Source of the DNA: Chromatiales bacterium | GTDB taxonomy: Bacteria; Pseudomonadota; Gammaproteobacteria; Xanthomonadales; SZUA-36 | DNA: 64,000 nt | Direction of reading: 5' to 3' | Assembly (NCBI GenBank): GCA_024640025.1 | Contig: JAHEFT010000001.1 | Coordinates: 44,040-108,039, forward strand | In this document: positions 58,159-64,000 of the stretch, piece by piece | Layout: each line of letters starts with the position of its first letter | How positions within the stretch are numbered: position 1 is the first letter of the stretch | Program-made: the position numbers and the translations under genes | Notes under the pieces: model-generated | What the model saw: only the letters and a program-made list of their open reading frames with translations | The model's database searches: none | Told to the model about the DNA's origin: nothing

Positions 58159-59706
58159 ATGATCAACCGCCGATTGGCCATCCAGACCCTGATACTGTTT
58201 TTTTCGGCCGATATCATGGCGGCGCCGCCGGTTGAAATCACAGTAAATGCCGACCAGCCCGGTGCACACATCAGTCGGCAGATTTACGGCCAGTTTGCAG
58301 AGCACCTCGGACGCGGTATCTACCAGGGAATCTGGGTGGGAAAAGATTCCCCCATACCCAATACAAACGGCATTCGCACGGATGTGGTCGATGCACTGAA
58401 AAAGCTCCACATCCCAAGTATTCGCTGGCCTGGCGGCTGTTTTGCAGATGAGTACCATTGGCGTGATGGCATCGGGCCCGCCGAGTTGCGTCCCGTCAAA
58501 GTCAATAATCACTGGGGAGGAGTGGCAGAAACCAACGCGTTTGGCACTCATGAGTTCTTCGACCTGGTGGAAATGCTGGGTACGGATGCCTATATCGCCG
58601 GTAATCTTGGTAGCGGTTCACCGCGGGAAATGATGGAATGGCTGGAATATATGACATCAGACAGCCAGTCATCTCTGGCCGGGTTACGCCGTAAGAACGG
58701 CAGGGCGGAACCCTGGAAAGTCGCATTCTGGGGGGTGGGTAATGAGTCCTGGGGATGCGGCGGAAATATGCAACCCGAGTATTACGCCGATCTGTATCGG
58801 CAATACGCGACATTTTTGAAAGCCCCGGAGGGAAACCGGCCCAAAAAAGTAGCCAGCGGTGGTTACAACGAATTGACCGACTGGACCGAAGTACTTTCCC
58901 GGATACCTGCAAATATCGATGGCATCAGCTTTCATTATTACAGCCTGCCCACCGGTGATTGGGACCAAAAAGGCAGCGCCGTCAATTTCCCCAGGCATGA
59001 ATGGGTTTCCCTTCTGTCCAATTCGCTGAAAATTGAAGCGTACATCAGGAACAATATCGCAATCCTCGAAGAAAATGACCCGGAGGGAAAAATTGGCTTG
59101 TATGTGGATGAGTGGGGTAGTTGGTATGACACCGAGTCCGGGCGCAATCCAGGCTTTCTATATCAGCAAAATACCATTCGTGACGCTGTCCTTGCGGCGG
59201 TAAATTTCAATATTTTCCATCTTTATGCAGAGCGGGTGCACATGACCAACATTGCCCAGATGGTCAATGTGCTGCAGGCCATGATCCTGACCGAACAGGA
59301 AAAAATGCTGCTGACTCCCACCTACCATGTTTTCGAGATGCACACCGTTTTCCAGGATTCAACCAGGGTGCCGGTTACTATCGCTGAAATGCCACGGGTG
59401 AGTTCCGGCGAAATTTCCATTCCAGCGCTCTCGGTTTCAGCCGCCAGGGGGAAAGACGGCAAGTTGTATTTATCCCTGGTGAATCTGGACCCTCAAAACC
59501 CCATTTCGTTGAACATGACGATCGAGGGATACGAGGTCAGTGGCGCGATGGGAAGAGTACTCACCGGAGATCATATTGATTCACACAACACGTTTGACTC
59601 ACCCGCCACGGTGGCACCCGCACCCTATATTGCAAAAACAAGAGGGAATGCGATCCGCGTGAACTTGCCCGCAAGGTCGGTTTCGGTACTGCAAATTAAA
59701 CAGTAG
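58159..59706 (+). CDS. GH51 alpha-L-arabinofuranosidase, exported
   Basis: Acid/base region GVGNESWGCGG, ~500 aa, a GAGG RBS and a signal peptide. Confidence 0.88.
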   Translation: MINRRLAIQTLILFFSADIMAAPPVEITVNADQPGAHISRQIYGQFAEHLGRGIYQGIWVGKDSPIPNTNGIRTDVVDALKKLHIPSIRWPGGCFADEYHWRDGIGPAELRPVKVNNHWGGVAETNAFGTHEFFDLVEMLGTDAYIAGNLGSGSPREMMEWLEYMTSDSQSSLAGLRRKNGRAEPWKVAFWGVGNESWGCGGNMQPEYYADLYRQYATFLKAPEGNRPKKVASGGYNELTDWTEVLSRIPANIDGISFHYYSLPTGDWDQKGSAVNFPRHEWVSLLSNSLKIEAYIRNNIAILEENDPEGKIGLYVDEWGSWYDTESGRNPGFLYQQNTIRDAVLAAVNFNIFHLYAERVHMTNIAQMVNVLQAMILTEQEKMLLTPTYHVFEMHTVFQDSTRVPVTIAEMPRVSSGEISIPALSVSAARGKDGKLYLSLVNLDPQNPISLNMTIEGYEVSGAMGRVLTGDHIDSHNTFDSPATVAPAPYIAKTRGNAIRVNLPARSVSVLQIKQ

Positions 59707-59731
59707 CCCATCCCGACAAGGAAAAATTTAA

Positions 59732-61990
59732 ATGATGACGATCCGCCTTACTTTCCTTCTGCTTTTATTAGCCTGCTCCTCGTCCCTGATGTCTGCCGAA
59801 CTCCATTCAGCGTCGACGACACTAGCAGTAGAAGACGAGAAAATAATCATCACACAGGGTGATGAACCGCTGATTGAACTTACCTTCATCCAGTTCAATT
59901 ACGTGAAAGCGGAGCGGTGGGAGGTTGTTTCCGCCGGCGACGATCAGCTGATGCTGCGCGGTCACTTTCCCGCCCGTGTCGATTTCCACAGGCTGGTCCA
60001 GGATAGCGAGCCCCGGTTCGCAGACCTTCTCATCAGCAAAGTGAACGGCGGGTTCCGTTTTCACTCCAATCCACCGTGGGCAAGGCAAACAACGCTGACA
60101 TTCAACTACCTCGGCGATCATTTCTTTGGTCTTTCCGAACTGCTGCAGCCGGATAACCGGCTGTCACCCGATCTCGCCCCCGGTTCTGTCTTTGTAGACG
60201 TTAACGCCGAACCTGCTTCCCTGCAGGAGAATTATGCCTCGGCCTTCTCTGCTTTTTACATGAGCAGTTTCGGCTATGGCTCATTTTTCGACACATTCGC
60301 CCGCGGACGTTATGACTTTGCCATCAATGGCAGCAACCGGATTCATCACGATACCGGTGAACTGGATTGGTATGTTTTCTTTGGAAGCGACGGAGCGCAA
60401 ATCCATCAATTCTATTACCAGCTAATCGGCCAGCCGAAGCCGGTGCCCGCATGGGGACTTGGGCCAATCGGCTGGCGTGATCAGAATAACGGCGGTTCTG
60501 CGGAAATCATCGCAGACATCGAAAAAATGAATGCCCTGCACATTCCGTTTACCGCCTGGTTTGTCGACAGGCCTTACAGCGATGGCGCCCACAAATGGTC
60601 CCGAATGAATTTCAATCGTGATTTTTCAAACCCGGAACAGTGGATCGGAACCATTCGAAATGAATATGGACTCGAGTTCATGACCTGGGCTTCACCCGCA
60701 ACCTTCGGCGACACCCGTTTTGAAAAACACCTGGCTGGCGCTCACAGCTACCTGGATCTCAGCCATACTCCGTCCGTCCAGGCCTACCAGGACGAACTCC
60801 GCAACCAGCAGTATGTTTATGGCGTTAAAGGACACAAAATCGACCGGGCGGACGAAAATTTCCCGCTTTACGAGGTCTGGTTCGATGAATCCGTGATTCC
60901 GGCGGAACGGCGTAACCTGTACACATTCCTAATGGCAAAAACACATGATGAAGTATTGCGGGAGAAGTGGGGCGACGATCAATTCACCTTCCAGCGAGCT
61001 GCGATACACAGAACTCAGCCCTATATGAGTGCTGTATGGGGCGGTGATTCACGCAGCAGTTGGGAAGGATTGCAGTCGAACTTGGCCAATGCCGCCCGCA
61101 GCGCTTTCATGGGATTTCCCGTCTGGGGCACCGACGTAGGGGGCTACCTGGGCGCGGGCTATATCCCTGAAGACTTGTACATTCGCTGGCTGCAGGCCGC
61201 CAGTATGAGCGGTCTTTTCGAAATCAAACTGGACGGCGCAGGCGGCGAAGGCCGCGACCGCATGCCTTGGCAATATGATGAAAACTTCCAACAGAAATTT
61301 CGCGAAATTTGTGAAGATCGCATGCAGATGTTGCCCTATCTCTATTCCCTTTCCCGCACCAGCGGCCATACGGGAACCCTGATGCAGCCCCTGGCCTACA
61401 GGCACTTGGGCGATAAACGAACATACGATATCTGGGATCAGTATTACCTTGGCGGATCCATTCTGGTTGCCCCGGTTTTCAGCGCCGTCGAACGCCGCAG
61501 TATTTATCTTCCCGAAGGAAACTGGCGGGATTTTGACCGCCCGAATATCCGCTATGAAGGAGGGAAAACCATCACGATGGATGTTCCACTCGAAAAACTG
61601 CCCCGCTTCGTGCGGGAAAACAGCATCTACGTGACGGGTAATGTCTATTCCGGAAATGAGCGCACCTGGAACAAGTCCCCCAGGCAGCTAACCATCCACG
61701 CGTTTCCGGGCGGAAAAAACTCGCGAACTGAATTCACCTACATCGATATGCTGGACGGCGACCTGGCAAAAATTATCCGGCTCGAAGAAGCCAACGGCGT
61801 GCTGCGAATCACCAGCCCCGCTTTCACGCATGAATCGCTTTTTGAGGTCGCTTTGGACCAGCAGCCCATTGAGGTGAAACTCAACGGGCGCGACGTGGAA
61901 ACGCGCTACGATGGCCGGTCGGGAATATTGTTCTTGGCCGTTGCCCCAAATGTAGAAGTCGAAGTTTCCGTGCAATCTAGGAAACAATGA
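59732..61990 (+). CDS. GH31 alpha-glycosidase (alpha-xylosidase/alpha-glucosidase-like), exported
   Basis: Nucleophile region GHKIDRADE, acid/base region GFPVWGTDVGGY, C-terminal LPRFVRENSIY, and a signal peptide. Confidence 0.8.
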   Translation: MMTIRLTFLLLLLACSSSLMSAELHSASTTLAVEDEKIIITQGDEPLIELTFIQFNYVKAERWEVVSAGDDQLMLRGHFPARVDFHRLVQDSEPRFADLLISKVNGGFRFHSNPPWARQTTLTFNYLGDHFFGLSELLQPDNRLSPDLAPGSVFVDVNAEPASLQENYASAFSAFYMSSFGYGSFFDTFARGRYDFAINGSNRIHHDTGELDWYVFFGSDGAQIHQFYYQLIGQPKPVPAWGLGPIGWRDQNNGGSAEIIADIEKMNALHIPFTAWFVDRPYSDGAHKWSRMNFNRDFSNPEQWIGTIRNEYGLEFMTWASPATFGDTRFEKHLAGAHSYLDLSHTPSVQAYQDELRNQQYVYGVKGHKIDRADENFPLYEVWFDESVIPAERRNLYTFLMAKTHDEVLREKWGDDQFTFQRAAIHRTQPYMSAVWGGDSRSSWEGLQSNLANAARSAFMGFPVWGTDVGGYLGAGYIPEDLYIRWLQAASMSGLFEIKLDGAGGEGRDRMPWQYDENFQQKFREICEDRMQMLPYLYSLSRTSGHTGTLMQPLAYRHLGDKRTYDIWDQYYLGGSILVAPVFSAVERRSIYLPEGNWRDFDRPNIRYEGGKTITMDVPLEKLPRFVRENSIYVTGNVYSGNERTWNKSPRQLTIHAFPGGKNSRTEFTYIDMLDGDLAKIIRLEEANGVLRITSPAFTHESLFEVALDQQPIEVKLNGRDVETRYDGRSGILFLAVAPNVEVEVSVQSRKQ

Positions 61991-63021
61991 TGAAAATACT
62001 TTTTATTGGCGGTACCGGGATCATCAGTTCTGCAAGCGCAGAATTGGCCGTTGAGCGCGGGTTTGACCTGACCTTGCTCAACCGGGGACAACGGGGGGAA
62101 ATTCCGGGCACGGAACAGATAATATCTGATATATCAGATATTGCCAGCACGAAAAAAGCGCTGGGCGACACGTTTTGGGATGTCGTGGTGGATTTTATCT
62201 CCTTTCATCCGGATGACCTGAAAAGGCGGCTGAGCCTGTTTAAAGGAAAAGTGGGACAATTCATTTTTATCAGTTCAGCCAGCGCCTATCAAAAACCAGT
62301 GGTTGACTACCTCGTGACGGAATCGACCCCGCTGGTGAATCCGTATTGGGATTACTCCCGCAACAAAATTGCCTGCGAAGAGTACCTGGTAGGTGAATTA
62401 CGCGAAAACCATTTTCCCGTAACCATCGTTCGCCCGTCCTATACCTACAGCGAAACGGTCGTACCCCTTTCCATCAATAGTTGGGAACGGCCCTATACGG
62501 TAATCGATCGCATGCGCAGGGGCTTGCCCGTGGTCATTCCGGGCGACGGGACATCGCTCTGGCAACTCACGCACAACGCCGATTTCGCCGAAGGCCTGCT
62601 TGGCTTGTTCGGACACCAGGGCTCGATCGGCCATGCTTTTCACATCACTTCTGACGAAGTGTTGAACTGGAATCAGATTTTTGAGGCCACCGCTGAGGCT
62701 GCCGGCGTCAACAAATTGAACGTTGTTCATATCGCCTCCGACTTTATCGTAGGCTGCATGCCCGACAAGTTGGGCGGCTTGCACGGCGACAAGACTGCAT
62801 CGATCGTGCTCGACAATACCAAGATAAAAAGATTTGTACCTGGATTCTCAGCGACCCGCCGTTTCCGCGACGGAATCAAGCGCTCGATTGCATACTACGA
62901 TGCGGACCCTGCGCGACGCGTGATCGACGATGCCTTTAACGCCAATTTCGACAAGCTCATCGAGGCGTACCAGGCAGGCCTGGAAAACGCAAAGAGCTTG
63001 TTTCAGGGAACCCCCGAATAA
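61987..63021 (+). CDS. Extended SDR, NAD-dependent epimerase/dehydratase family
   Basis: GGTGIIS Rossmann motif and catalytic YSRNK (YxxxK). It has an ATGA overlap with the GH31 stop. Confidence 0.85.
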   Translation: MMKILFIGGTGIISSASAELAVERGFDLTLLNRGQRGEIPGTEQIISDISDIASTKKALGDTFWDVVVDFISFHPDDLKRRLSLFKGKVGQFIFISSASAYQKPVVDYLVTESTPLVNPYWDYSRNKIACEEYLVGELRENHFPVTIVRPSYTYSETVVPLSINSWERPYTVIDRMRRGLPVVIPGDGTSLWQLTHNADFAEGLLGLFGHQGSIGHAFHITSDEVLNWNQIFEATAEAAGVNKLNVVHIASDFIVGCMPDKLGGLHGDKTASIVLDNTKIKRFVPGFSATRRFRDGIKRSIAYYDADPARRVIDDAFNANFDKLIEAYQAGLENAKSLFQGTPE

Positions 63022-64000
63022 TCATTCAGGGGTTTTAACCCATCGACACGAATTCTCCATTCGCCATTTCGTCCACCCGTTTCCCAATACGGAACCAGCA
63101 TGGCCGTGGCGGCAAGAAATGCCCCGTTGGCAGGCAAATAGACAGGCAATCCCGCCCCCTCCTGCGGACAATGGCCATTGGATAGATAACGATTATGGGG
63201 AGCGTCTCGCAGCAAGATATCCAGGGCAATTTCAGGCTCACCCAAACGAACGGCCGTCATGGCGATCATAGGGTAGTCCCAGCCCCAGATTTTTTCGTCC
63301 CAGTCCCAGGTATCCAAAACTGCTTGCAGAGTGCGACCCATTACGTCGGGGTCGACCGTTTCATCATTCAGTAAGCCATAAGGCGCCAGCATCGTTGGGT
63401 GATCCTGTCTGCTCTGGAAATTGGTGAACGTATCGGGAACAGACTCGATGGCGACATACTTTCCCTCCGACCGGGGCAATTCGGCCAGTTGGGTGACCTG
63501 CTTATTCCACTCGGTGTTTTCATTTTTGTCCAGGCGCTTACGCCAAAGCTGTGCGGTCCTGAGTCCATAGCGCCAATAACTCAATTCAAAGCCCGGGTTA
63601 CGGGTAACGAGCGGGTCGTATATTTCCTGCGCAATCCAGATGGGCGGTTCCAGTGAAAACCGATCTCCAGCCTGGTCCCAAGACAACATGGAGGAAAGGC
63701 CCTGTGCGGTTTCCTCAACCAACCCGGCATAGCGAAACAGCGTCTCCTCCGTGGGGTTGGACTGATACAGCATTTCCGCGAGGTGAATCACTTGTGGCTG
63801 GTTCCAGATGATCAGCGGATTCCCACCGGGACTTTCCCTGCCATCCGGTCCCACCATTTTTGACCATCGAACACCCTTCAACCCCCGTGACCCGGCGACC
63901 TTCGCCGCGCTGCCCATCGTTTCGAGGTACCACGCCAGGACTCGTTCTGCATTTTCATTCCTGCCCCACAAGATCCAATGCGCCGTGTGCCACCAGGCCA
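63003..64000 (-). CDS. Uncharacterised protein, possibly a six-hairpin (alpha/alpha)6 glycosidase-like fold; N-terminus lies beyond the window
   Basis: The minus-strand frame is open to nt 64000. Trp/aromatic-rich repeating helical segments include WGWDYPMIAMTAVRLG and NPGFELSYWRYGL. The family was not recognised. Confidence 0.55.
   Translation of the reverse strand, partial: AWWHTAHWILWGRNENAERVLAWYLETMGSAAKVAGSRGLKGVRWSKMVGPDGRESPGGNPLIIWNQPQVIHLAEMLYQSNPTEETLFRYAGLVEETAQGLSSMLSWDQAGDRFSLEPPIWIAQEIYDPLVTRNPGFELSYWRYGLRTAQLWRKRLDKNENTEWNKQVTQLAELPRSEGKYVAIESVPDTFTNFQSRQDHPTMLAPYGLLNDETVDPDVMGRTLQAVLDTWDWDEKIWGWDYPMIAMTAVRLGEPEIALDILLRDAPHNRYLSNGHCPQEGAGLPVYLPANGAFLAATAMLVPYWETGGRNGEWRIRVDGLKPLNDYSGVP

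Noticed and set aside
52498-63021. A sulfoquinovose (sulfo-ED-like) pathway, suggested by GH31 + GPH transporter + IlvD/Edd dehydratase + SDR.
   Set aside because: The same stretch carries GH9, GH51 and GH105, which are typical of plant cell-wall glycans. The SDR is an extended rather than a classical type. No aldolase, lactonase, sulfolactaldehyde dehydrogenase or sulfite exporter is visible. The sulfonate-binding residues of the GH31 cannot be verified by eye.
1-64000. A search for CRISPR arrays, tRNA/rRNA genes, IS elements, integrases, and toxin-antitoxin or known defence-system genes.
   Set aside because: I noticed no repeat-spacer periodicity, no tRNA T-arm-like GGTTCGAATCC contexts outside CDS, and no transposase, integrase, nuclease or ATPase defence-type ORFs. 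By-eye scanning cannot exclude short or degenerate elements.

Overview
The window is about 55-58% GC by eye and looks like a Gram-negative, probably marine gammaproteobacterial chromosome; the taxonomy is inference only. It is almost fully coding, with about 55 CDS. I saw no rRNA, tRNA, CRISPR array, transposase, integrase or phage genes. The first ~28 kb is a mix of housekeeping and periplasmic genes. It holds a NUDIX hydrolase, isoaspartyl peptidase, dienelactone hydrolase, cyclophilin, an ABCB-type exporter, MtfA and a YbaK-like deacylase. It also holds a di-haem peroxidase next to a Cx4Cx2C radical-SAM protein, a co-directional metA-metY-yqiA-bactofilin string, fbaA and an alanine/glycine:cation symporter. 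The remaining genes there are korAB with a coupled ferritin-like gene, a PQQ sugar dehydrogenase and zwf-pgl. From ~28.4 kb to the window end lies a carbohydrate-utilisation island of at least 36 kb. Its enzymes are GH94, two GH3, GH67, GH105, GH9, GH51, GH31, a SASA-type esterase and a truncated unknown glycosidase-like gene. It carries three transporter classes (MFS sugar porter, GntP, GPH) and one LacI regulator. It also has an unusually dense sugar-acid and redox set: ManD-type enolase, XylX-like FAH protein, IlvD/Edd dehydratase, AKR, MDR, Gfo/Idh/MocA and an extended SDR, plus a flavin-dependent tryptophan-halogenase-like gene. No TonB-dependent receptor, endo-xylanase, xylA/xylB or kdgK/eda is present in the window. 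The most promising leads for new biology are four: (1) a possible non-phosphorylative sugar-acid route wired to the GH67/GH94 genes; (2) the halogenase-like flavoprotein inside the island; (3) the mixed GH105-GntP-dehydratase-GH9 operon; and (4) outside the island, a bactofilin paired with a degenerate methyltransferase-fold protein. All functional calls come from motif and length recognition by eye, not from database searches.
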